Part shown: one piece after another, positions 17,518-24,813 of the stretch
Numbering within the stretch: the stretch's first letter is position 1
Layout of the letters: each line of letters begins with the position of its first letter
Assembly (NCBI GenBank): GCA_045588285.1
Contig: JAZNDV010000110.1
Location: 1-34,338, forward strand
Length of the DNA: 34,338 nt
From: Eubacteriales bacterium
GTDB taxonomy: Bacteria > Bacillota > Clostridia > Oscillospirales > UBA644
Reading direction: 5' to 3'
Translations under genes and position numbers: made by a program
Notes under the pieces: model-generated
Told to the model about the DNA's origin: nothing
What the model saw: the letters and a program-made list of their open reading frames with translations, nothing else
The model's database searches: none

Positions 17518-18005
17518 TGGAACGGATTTATATCGACCGCGATTTTGCCCGGTTCACCCGAAAGGATATTACGGTTGTGGATATGGAATTGTATGACGGG
17601 CGGAAATTTGAAAATCTGGAACCCCGCCGGCTGTTCCCTATGACGGGTCTTGAAAAGTACATAACCCTTTTAGACCAGGAAGGACATGAGGTTGCGGTGA
17701 TCCGAGATCTGCGCACCTTGCCGGAAGGAGAACGAAAGATCATCGAGAGTTGTTTGGAGGAATATTATTTGATTCCCCGCATCACCCGGATCAATGAGTG
17801 CAAGGAATCTTTCGGAATGCTTACTCTCAACGTGGAGACCGACCGGGGGAACGCTGTCATCGAAATCAGAAACATTTTTCACGGGTTAAAGCTTCTGTAC
17901 GGAAGCAGAGTTTTGGTTTGTGACATCAACGATAACCGCTATGAGATTCCGGACTTAAACAAGCTCGACCGAAAAAGCAGAGCTTTACTTGATTTATTCT
18001 TATAA
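17517..18005 (+). CDS. DUF1854-like protein (162 aa)
   Basis: The TAATG stop/start overlap with the exporter gene indicates coupling. I recognise the sequence style (LEPRRLFP, YITLLD..G.E...IRDL..LP, YLIP.I.RI, VETDRG, RYEIPDL..LD..SR.LLDLF) as DUF1854 (PF08909) from memory. This needs HMM confirmation. Confidence 0.7.
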   Translation: MERIYIDRDFARFTRKDITVVDMELYDGRKFENLEPRRLFPMTGLEKYITLLDQEGHEVAVIRDLRTLPEGERKIIESCLEEYYLIPRITRINECKESFGMLTLNVETDRGNAVIEIRNIFHGLKLLYGSRVLVCDINDNRYEIPDLNKLDRKSRALLDLFL

Positions 18006-18021
18006 TACGGAGGAATAAAAT

Positions 18022-18348
18022 ATGAAATTGATTCTTGCCATCGTGAATAACGATGATAGTGCCGTTGCATCTTCCGCATTGACCGATGCCGGATTTTTTG
18101 TCACCCGTCTTTCTACGACCGGCGGCTTTCTGATGGTTGGGAATACGACCCTCCTCATCGGAACGGAAGACGACGACACTGCAGCAGCCCTTGATATTCT
18201 GAAAGAGCATTGTACGACCCGGAAGCATATCAATGCCCATACGGCGTCCTTTGGCGCCGGAATGAAAAACCATAGTTTACCCGAAGAGGTGACCGTCGGC
18301 GGCGCTACGGTGTTCGTTCTGAACGTGGATCAGATGGAAAAGTTCTAA
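18022..18348 (+). CDS. darA: PII-like cyclic-di-AMP receptor (DarA/PstA, YaaQ family)
   Basis: The 108-aa protein reads MKLILAIVNNDDS...FFVTRLSTTGGFLMVGNTTLLIGTEDD...VGGATVFVLNVDQMEKF. It is collinear with B. subtilis YaaQ/DarA as I remember it (TKLATTGGFL..GNTT..IG, GGATVFVL). GGAGGA lies 8 nt upstream and only 16 nt separate it from the DUF1854 stop. Confidence 0.85.
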   Translation: MKLILAIVNNDDSAVASSALTDAGFFVTRLSTTGGFLMVGNTTLLIGTEDDDTAAALDILKEHCTTRKHINAHTASFGAGMKNHSLPEEVTVGGATVFVLNVDQMEKF

Positions 18349-18375
18349 TCTTTTGCAAACAATAGATACGATCCC

Positions 18376-18404
18376 TTGACGATTCAAGGGGATTGAGTTA
18401 TAAT
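18376..18404 (+). promoter_or_regulatory. Sigma-A-type promoter (TTGACG-N17-TATAAT) for the reductase-like/importer operon
   Basis: TTGACG is at 18376-18381 and TATAAT at 18399-18404, with a 17-nt spacer. The -35 lies inside the inverted repeat CCCTTGA-CGAT-TCAAGGG (18373-18390). Confidence 0.55.
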
Positions 18405-18439
18405 AAGAATAAGAAGTAATGAAAAAGGGAGAAATCATT

Positions 18440-19207
18440 ATGGCGTTAACAACGGAACAAATTAACTCCGTAAAGGGGAGAGGGTTTTTACGCAACCGTG
18501 GAACAGAGTGTTTTTCCGGGCGTATGCTTGCCCCCGGAACGGTGTTTACTGCGGAAAATATCCGGGATATGGCGACCCTTGCGGAAGCCTACGGCAACGG
18601 AAAATTGATTCCCACCAGCCGTCAATGTATTGAGATCCCCGGCATCGCTTTTGACGATATCCCAAAGGCGGAAGTCTTTGCCATGGAGCACGGTCTGGTT
18701 TTCGGCGGAACCGGTCCGAAGGTTCGCCCGATCACCGCCTGCAAGGGAACGACCTGTGTTTTCGGTTGTTATGATACCCAAGCCCTTGCCAAGGAGATTC
18801 ACGAGACCTTTTATGTCGGCTGGAATTCTGTAAAACTGCCTCACAAATTCAAGATCGGCGTGGGCGGTTGTCCCAACAGCTGTATCAAGCCTTCTCTGAA
18901 TGATTTCGGAGTGGAAGGCCGCCGGATTCCCGGTCAGAAAGATGCCGTCTATCAGATCTACGTAGGCGGTACTTGGGGAAAAACTACCCGTATGGGAACG
19001 GCACTTTCCCGTCTCGTGACGGCGGAGGAAGTGTTGCCGATCTTAGAAAAAACCATTCTATGGTTCCGGGAAAACGCCTACGTCAAAGAGCGCCTCGGAA
19101 AAGCCGTAGACCGTATCGGCGTGGAATCTTTGGAAAAGGCTCTGTTTTCCGACGATCTATTGAATCGAAAGGAAGAGATCCTTTCCGCGGAATTGAAAGT
19201 ACGGTAA
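18440..19207 (+). CDS. Small nitrite/sulfite-reductase-like 4Fe-4S (siroheme-type) domain protein (~255 aa)
   Basis: The Cys clusters ACKGTTCVFGC and GVGGCPNSC, with the spacing and surrounding residues, resemble NIR_SIR ferredoxin-like plus 4Fe-4S domains of low-molecular-weight sulfite reductases. AGGGAG lies 8 nt before ATG 18440. The in-frame ATG at 18419 would sit almost at the predicted transcript start. Confidence 0.6.
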   Translation: MALTTEQINSVKGRGFLRNRGTECFSGRMLAPGTVFTAENIRDMATLAEAYGNGKLIPTSRQCIEIPGIAFDDIPKAEVFAMEHGLVFGGTGPKVRPITACKGTTCVFGCYDTQALAKEIHETFYVGWNSVKLPHKFKIGVGGCPNSCIKPSLNDFGVEGRRIPGQKDAVYQIYVGGTWGKTTRMGTALSRLVTAEEVLPILEKTILWFRENAYVKERLGKAVDRIGVESLEKALFSDDLLNRKEEILSAELKVR

Positions 19208-19208
19208 A

Positions 19209-20141
19209 ATGAAGCGATTGATATCTTTGATTGTTCTCTTGATGTTGTGTATTGCACTTTCCGCTTGCGGGAAGCCGAGGGTGCCGGATTCTTCCGATGG
19301 TTTCCTTCTCACCGATGCCATGGGGAATCCTGTCCGCCTTTCTCCCAATGCCCGGGTGGTGTCCTGTTACGGTTCTTTTGCCGATTGCTGGATTCTCTCC
19401 GGCGGGGAATTGGTCGGGGTGACCGACGATGCAGTGGAGCAGGGAATTCTTTCGGCAGGCTCCGTTTCTCTTGTAGGGACGGTGAAGAATATTGACTTGG
19501 AGCGGATTATTGCACTAAGTCCCGATTATGTTATTCTTTCTGCCGATCTTGCGGCACATTTGAAATTGCAGGAGTCTTTGGACAAGGCAAAGATTCCCCA
19601 CGGCTATTTTCGGGTGGATACCTTTTCTGATTATAAGAAATTGATGGAGCAGTTCTGTGCCGTCAATGGACGGCAGGATCTATACAAAATTCATGTGTCC
19701 GACGTGGAAGAAAAGATCTCTTCCGTGTTGGAAAAGATTCCCAAGAATACCGAAAAATCCGTTCTTCTCCTTCGGGTCTATTCCACCGGAATGAAGGCAA
19801 AGACCGACGACAACTTGGCAGGACAGATTCTGAAAGAATTCGGACTTTCCAATATTGCGCACGAAAATGCGTCTTTGCTGGAAGATTTGAGTGTGGAAAA
19901 GATTCTTTTGGAAGACCCTGATTATATCGTTGCCCTTGCGATGGGGGAACAGGCGGCTGCCGATGAATTTTTACGGCAAAACGTAGAAAATAATCCGGCG
20001 TGGGCGGGGCTTACTGCGGTGAAAAACGGAACTTATTTTATGCTTCCGAAGGAGTTATTTCATTATAAACCCAACGAACGGTGGGCTGAAAGTTATGAAA
20101 CCCTTGCAAAAAGGATCTATCCCGAACATTTCGAATCGTAA
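19209..20141 (+). CDS. ABC importer substrate-binding lipoprotein, BtuF/FhuD (cluster A-II, PF01497-like) class
   Basis: The lipoprotein signal peptide has the lipobox LSAC (MKRLISLIVLLMLCIALSACG). LSPDYVILSADL and NPAWAGLTAVKNGTYFMLPKELF are typical of the iron-chelate/corrinoid-binding family. Confidence 0.85.
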   Translation: MKRLISLIVLLMLCIALSACGKPRVPDSSDGFLLTDAMGNPVRLSPNARVVSCYGSFADCWILSGGELVGVTDDAVEQGILSAGSVSLVGTVKNIDLERIIALSPDYVILSADLAAHLKLQESLDKAKIPHGYFRVDTFSDYKKLMEQFCAVNGRQDLYKIHVSDVEEKISSVLEKIPKNTEKSVLLLRVYSTGMKAKTDDNLAGQILKEFGLSNIAHENASLLEDLSVEKILLEDPDYIVALAMGEQAAADEFLRQNVENNPAWAGLTAVKNGTYFMLPKELFHYKPNERWAESYETLAKRIYPEHFES

Positions 20142-21135
20142 AAAGCACGGAATTACCCCTTCCGTGCTCCTGTTTATTCTGATGTTTTCCCTTCTGGTTT
20201 CTTTTATTGCCGCTCTTTGCTTCGGTTCGGTTCCGATTTCCCCGGGGGAGATTTTCTCTGCTTTGTATTCCGGAGATTTTGAGGCTCCTGCGTTGCGGAT
20301 CTTGGTATATCTTCGTCTGCCTCGGGCATGCGGTGCTCTTTTTTCGGGTATGGCGTTGGCTGCAGCCGGGGTTCTGATTCAGGCTGTGCTCCATAATCCC
20401 ATGGCGGCACCCAATGTAATCGGGGTTAATTCCGGTGCTGGATTGGGGGCGGTGTTGATGCTTGCCGTGTTTCCGTCGGCGGTTCGCTTTTTGCCTTTGG
20501 CGGCGTTTTTTGGGGCGGTGGCGGCGTGTCTTTGCATCTACGCCATCTCTTTGAAGACCGGAGCAGACCGAATGACCGTTACTTTGGTAGGAATTGCCGT
20601 CAGTTCCACTCTCAATGCGGGGATCAATACGGTTAAAATTCTTTATCCCGACAGTGTATACGATACCGACGCTTTTATGATCGGCGGACTTTCCGGGGTC
20701 ACCTTTTCTCGAATTGCATTTCCGGGTCTTCTGATTCTTTCCGGATTGTTGGTAAGCGTTCTTTTGGCTCGGGACGTAGATATTCTTGTCCTCGGAGACG
20801 ATACCGCAAAAAGTTTAGGAATGAACGTCAAGGGAATGCAGATTCTGTTGTTGTGTCTTGCCAGTATTCTTGCCGGTTCGTCCGTTAGTTTTTCCGGACT
20901 CCTGGGATTTGTGGGGCTGATCGTTCCCCATATTGCCCGCCGTTTGGTGGGACAGAACCACCGATGGCTCATTCCTGTAAGTGCTTTGGGCGGGGCAGTT
21001 TTGGTGCTGATCTGCGACCTTTTCAGCCGGATTCTCTTTGCTCCCTACGAATTGCCCGTGGGAATTTTACTTTCCTTCATAGGCGCTCCCTTCTTCGTAA
21101 TTTTGATTTTGATGGGGGAGAAGCGGTATGATTGA
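20095..21135 (+). CDS. FecCD/BtuC-family ABC importer permease
   Basis: YLRLPRACGALFSGMALAAAGVLIQ, about 10 TM segments and the C-terminal GILLSFIGAPFFVILIL are present. The start at 20095 overlaps the SBP gene by 47 nt, so the start is uncertain. Confidence 0.88.
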   Translation: MKPLQKGSIPNISNRKKHGITPSVLLFILMFSLLVSFIAALCFGSVPISPGEIFSALYSGDFEAPALRILVYLRLPRACGALFSGMALAAAGVLIQAVLHNPMAAPNVIGVNSGAGLGAVLMLAVFPSAVRFLPLAAFFGAVAACLCIYAISLKTGADRMTVTLVGIAVSSTLNAGINTVKILYPDSVYDTDAFMIGGLSGVTFSRIAFPGLLILSGLLVSVLLARDVDILVLGDDTAKSLGMNVKGMQILLLCLASILAGSSVSFSGLLGFVGLIVPHIARRLVGQNHRWLIPVSALGGAVLVLICDLFSRILFAPYELPVGILLSFIGAPFFVILILMGEKRYD

Positions 21136-21892
21136 ATTAAAATCCATTTCCTTCTCCTACGGTGAAAAACCGGTCCTTTCCAATCTTTCCGCGGCTTTCG
21201 GTCCCGGAACCTTTTACGGCATCGTCGGACCGAACGGATGCGGAAAAACGACGCTGATCCGTTTGCTTTGCGGATTAAATAAACCCTCAGAGGGACAGGT
21301 CCTGTTAAACGGCCGGTCTTACGGCGATTACTCCAGAAAAGAGCTTGGGAAGCAGTTGTCCTTGTTGCCTCAATCCCGGTCGTTGCCTTCCGTTACGGTG
21401 GAAGACTTGGTCTCTCGGGGGCGGTATCCCTATTTGGGACTGACCCGCCGTATGACCGACGCAGATCGAACCGCCGTACAAAAGGCGTTGTCTGACGCAG
21501 GTGCTGTCTCATTCGCACGTCGGGATATCACTACCCTTTCCGGCGGAGAGCGTCAGCGGGTCTGCTTTGCTCTGCTTTTGGCACAAGATACCCCCTACGT
21601 TCTTTTGGACGAGCCTACTACCTATCTTGATATTGCCCATCGCTTCTCTTTGTTGGAACAATTGAAATCTTTGAAAGAACAGGGAAAGTGCGTCATTGCG
21701 GTATTGCACGACCTCTCCCTGGCGTTGCGGTATTGCGATCAGGTTGCGGTGTTGGAAAAGGGATCGCTCTGTGCCATGGATTCTCCGCAGACATTGTTGG
21801 ACCGCGGTATTTTGGAACGGGTTTTCTCCGTTCGATGTGCGGCCGTCGAAAAGGACGGAGAAAAAGACGTGATCTTTTCCCCCAAAGAATAA
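21128..21892 (+). CDS. FecE/BtuD-type ABC importer ATPase
   Basis: Walker A is GPNGCGKTTL, the signature LSGGERQRV and Walker B VLLDEPTTYLD. GGGGGAG lies upstream, and the gene overlaps the permease stop by 8 nt. Confidence 0.9.
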   Translation: MIELKSISFSYGEKPVLSNLSAAFGPGTFYGIVGPNGCGKTTLIRLLCGLNKPSEGQVLLNGRSYGDYSRKELGKQLSLLPQSRSLPSVTVEDLVSRGRYPYLGLTRRMTDADRTAVQKALSDAGAVSFARRDITTLSGGERQRVCFALLLAQDTPYVLLDEPTTYLDIAHRFSLLEQLKSLKEQGKCVIAVLHDLSLALRYCDQVAVLEKGSLCAMDSPQTLLDRGILERVFSVRCAAVEKDGEKDVIFSPKE

Positions 21893-21895
21893 ATA

Positions 21896-21929
21896 AGAGC
21901 GACCAAAATCGGTCGCTCTCAATTTTTTT
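21896..21929. terminator. Bidirectional terminator between the importer operon and the convergent DUF3048 gene
   Basis: AGAGCGACC-AAAATC-GGTCGCTCT is followed by CAATTTTTTT. Confidence 0.75.
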
Positions 21930-21933
21930 AACG

Positions 21934-23067
21934 TTACGGATTCACCGTCCGGTTGGTGGCGTTCATGTTCACTTTGCTCTCCACCGTGGTGGGGCAGACG
22001 TTGATGGCGGTTTTTCCGCAATTAATGACGATGGGCTTTCCGGTGGTGGTGTCGGTCAAGGTCAGGTTACCGTCCCGATCGGTTCTGGACCAAGTAACGG
22101 CGGTATATTTTCCTTCGCTGACCAAATAACCGGTTCCGGTCCCGGTGGTCGTAATTCCCAAATGTCCGCCGCTGTCTACTACTTTGGTTTCGCAGAAAAG
22201 CACGATCAGATTTTTGAAGGTAAGCTGTTTGCCGTTGCTTGCATCCACGTGTTTCTGTCCGTTGTACTGATACCGCAGGTATTCTTTGGTCTGTGCATCG
22301 TAAACGTAATCTACGTTTTGATAACCGGAAATGGGAAGATAAACGTGCAATGCGTCCTTCTCTCCCACTTGCACGGAAGATCCTTCTTCCGGGAAAGAGA
22401 AGGGATAAACGTACCCTTCCCGGATCGAGGTTCTGTATTTCAGATGTTCAACGGTCTTTACGATACCTTCCCCGGTGGTCATCATGGTGTGTTCCAACGC
22501 CATGGTTTTCAGTCGTTCCGGATCCCGGTAAAAGATATTCAGGGGATCTTTCGTTAAGTCGTCAAAGTCGTCGATCTTGCGGGCCTTGATTTCGGCATAT
22601 GCCTGGTCGCTTCCGCCTACGTGACAGTAAATGGCGTCGAAGGCTTGGGCAAAGTCCAGGTAATAGGGGCGGGCAGAGCGGATCGACCCCACCACCCCTA
22701 AGGATTTATAATCGGAATAAATGCCCATCAAACGGGTAATGCTTCCTTCCACTAAACATTCGATCAAAATATCCGCATCGCTGACTCCTTCTTGGGGAAG
22801 GGATTGCTTGATGTTATTGATCATGACGGCAACAGGACGGGCGCTGACACCGGTTTCGTCCGTCTCCAGACCGGTAAGGGGATTTACGTAAACCACCGCC
22901 GGATCGTTGCTGACGTTTTCGTCCTGAGAAACGGAGCCGGAAGATTGTGAAACGTTGGGTTCGTCGGATTGTGGAGTCTCAATCGGCTTGTCGCTGCCGC
23001 AAGCCGCGAAACCCGAGCAAAGAACAGTAATCAACAGAATAGAAAAAATACGTTTCATTTTTTGCAT
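21934..23067 (-). CDS. DUF3048 (YerB-like) lipoprotein
   Basis: The lipobox is GFAACG in MQKMKRIFSILLITVLCSGFAACGS. ARPVAVMINN, ADILIECLVEGSITRLMGIY and IRSARPYYLDFA are typical of DUF3048 N- and C-domains. Confidence 0.8.
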   Translation of the reverse strand: MQKMKRIFSILLITVLCSGFAACGSDKPIETPQSDEPNVSQSSGSVSQDENVSNDPAVVYVNPLTGLETDETGVSARPVAVMINNIKQSLPQEGVSDADILIECLVEGSITRLMGIYSDYKSLGVVGSIRSARPYYLDFAQAFDAIYCHVGGSDQAYAEIKARKIDDFDDLTKDPLNIFYRDPERLKTMALEHTMMTTGEGIVKTVEHLKYRTSIREGYVYPFSFPEEGSSVQVGEKDALHVYLPISGYQNVDYVYDAQTKEYLRYQYNGQKHVDASNGKQLTFKNLIVLFCETKVVDSGGHLGITTTGTGTGYLVSEGKYTAVTWSRTDRDGNLTLTDTTTGKPIVINCGKTAINVCPTTVESKVNMNATNRTVNP

Positions 23068-23185
23068 AGCCAGTCCTCCCGTGGTGGTGAAATTTGTTCT
23101 GTGTAAGGTTTCCTATAACAATATTATAAACGACTTCGCGGAATTTGTCAATCGCCCCGTTCCTATGTTCAAAAATGTGTTAAAA

Positions 23186-23222
23186 ATCTCTCCGAAGAAT
23201 TGCGTTTCGGAGAGATTTTTTT
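23186..23222. terminator. Strong hairpin terminator downstream of the MATE gene (usable in both directions)
   Basis: ATCTCTCCGAA (23186-23196) pairs with TTCGGAGAGAT (23206-23216), an 11-bp perfect stem. It is flanked by A5 on the left and T6 on the right. Confidence 0.7.
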
Positions 23223-23225
23223 ACA

Positions 23226-24587
23226 TTATTTCATTTTTAGATTTATTTGATGCTCTTTCTTTTTCAGAACGATGCGGAACGCGGCGTATTGAACGGCAAA
23301 GGTGATGACCCAGGAAATGGGATAGGAAATGTAAAGCATTTCCGGGGTTTTCATCAGGGGTAAGACGGTGTAGATCCAAAGGATACGGAATCCGCAGACA
23401 CCGATAACCGAAACGATCATTGGAAAAACCGACGACCCGATTCCCCGGAGAAGCCCGGTCGTCACGTTCATTATTCCGCAAAGGAAATAGGGCATTACGA
23501 TATACCAAAGGCGCGTAATTCCCTCTGCTACAGCTTCGGGGGAGTCCTTGATATAGATTTTCAACAGCGGTTCTCCAAAAAAAGTGACGATCCCGCCGGT
23601 TAAAAGTCCCACCGCCGTTACGATTCCGAGGCACGCCCAAGCGATTCTCCGGATATTATCAAATTTTCGGGCACCGTAGTTTTGTCCGGCAAAATTCATT
23701 GCCGACTGATTGACCGAGTGCATGGACGTGTATACAAATCCTCCCAAACTGTTTGCCGCCGAATTCCCCGCCAAAAAAACCGATCCGAAGGAATTTATGG
23801 TGGATTGAATCAGCACGTTTGAGATCGCAAACAGAGAATTTTGCAATCCGGAAGGAAGTCCGATGCGCAGAATTTTCTTCAGCGGACCTATGTGGAATCG
23901 GATCTTCCGGAAATCCAGCCGGCAGAAATCCTTCCGCTTCGTCAGGGAAATCAGAACTAAAACCGCCGAAAGGTATTGGGAAATGACCGTAGCCAATGCA
24001 ACTCCGTCTACGTTCATGTCAAAAACCGTAACGAAAAACGTATTTAATGCGACGTTGGCGATTCCTGATATTGATAAATAAATCAGCGGACCTTTCGTGT
24101 CCCCTGCCGCCCGGAGGATCGCCGCGCCGAAATTGTAGAGTAACGAGGCGGTGCTTCCGCAAAAGTGAATTTTCATATAAAGGGTAGACAAGGGTAATTC
24201 CTGCTCCGGAGTGTCCATCCACTTCAGCATCGTGTCGGAGAAGATCATTCCAAGCACTGTCAACAAAATTCCGCACACTGCCGCCAAAGGGATGGCAGTA
24301 TGAACGGTCTTTTCCGTGGTTCGGGAATCTCCCGCCCCGATGGATTGCGCCACCGCAACCCCGGCACCGACGGAAAATCCCAGGAATAAATTGACGAAAA
24401 GAGTTGTCAGCGAAGAGGTCGCCCCCACCGCCGCAACGTAGGAACTTCCGCAAAACTGCCCTATGATGACCAAGTCTGCCGCATTGAAGGCCAACTGTAG
24501 CAGCCCCGTAAAGATAATGGGAATGGAATATAAGAAGATTTTCTTGAGAAACGGACCTTCACACAGGTTTGCAGAAGTCTGAGCCAT
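23226..24587 (-). CDS. MATE family multidrug/toxic-compound efflux transporter
   Basis: The 453-aa protein has 12 TM segments, an N-terminal GPFLKKIFLYSIPIIFTGLLQLAFNAADLVIIGQF pattern and a duplicated MatE repeat. Confidence 0.9.
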   Translation of the reverse strand: MAQTSANLCEGPFLKKIFLYSIPIIFTGLLQLAFNAADLVIIGQFCGSSYVAAVGATSSLTTLFVNLFLGFSVGAGVAVAQSIGAGDSRTTEKTVHTAIPLAAVCGILLTVLGMIFSDTMLKWMDTPEQELPLSTLYMKIHFCGSTASLLYNFGAAILRAAGDTKGPLIYLSISGIANVALNTFFVTVFDMNVDGVALATVISQYLSAVLVLISLTKRKDFCRLDFRKIRFHIGPLKKILRIGLPSGLQNSLFAISNVLIQSTINSFGSVFLAGNSAANSLGGFVYTSMHSVNQSAMNFAGQNYGARKFDNIRRIAWACLGIVTAVGLLTGGIVTFFGEPLLKIYIKDSPEAVAEGITRLWYIVMPYFLCGIMNVTTGLLRGIGSSVFPMIVSVIGVCGFRILWIYTVLPLMKTPEMLYISYPISWVITFAVQYAAFRIVLKKKEHQINLKMK

Positions 24588-24733
24588 AACGTTTTCCTTT
24601 CGTTTTTTCGTCTCCCATTATACCCCCGAAAGAGAAGATTGTCAACTCAAAACGACGGATTTTTCAAAAGATTCAAAAAAAATTGAAATATTACAGATGC
24701 AAAGTTTTTCTTTGAAAAAAGCAGTTTTTTCTC

Positions 24734-24762
24734 TTGAATTTCTATAAAAATTGTGATATAAT
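24734..24762 (+). promoter_or_regulatory. Sigma-A-type promoter of pyk (TTGAAT-N17-TATAAT with TGn extension)
   Basis: TTGAAT is at 24734-24739 and TGa-TATAAT at 24754-24762, with a 17-nt spacer. Confidence 0.6.
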
Positions 24763-24813
24763 GTATCATGGAGTGATTTTTGTACTTTAATACTTTCAGG
24801 AGTGTTTATATAT

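Noticed and set aside
21509-22557. ORFs 21509-22021 (-) and 21688-22557 (+, 289 aa) overlapping the ATPase and DUF3048 genes
   Set aside because: The competing frames encode a canonical ABC ATPase (+) and a lipobox-bearing DUF3048 protein (-). These ORFs are Gly/Arg-rich shadow frames.
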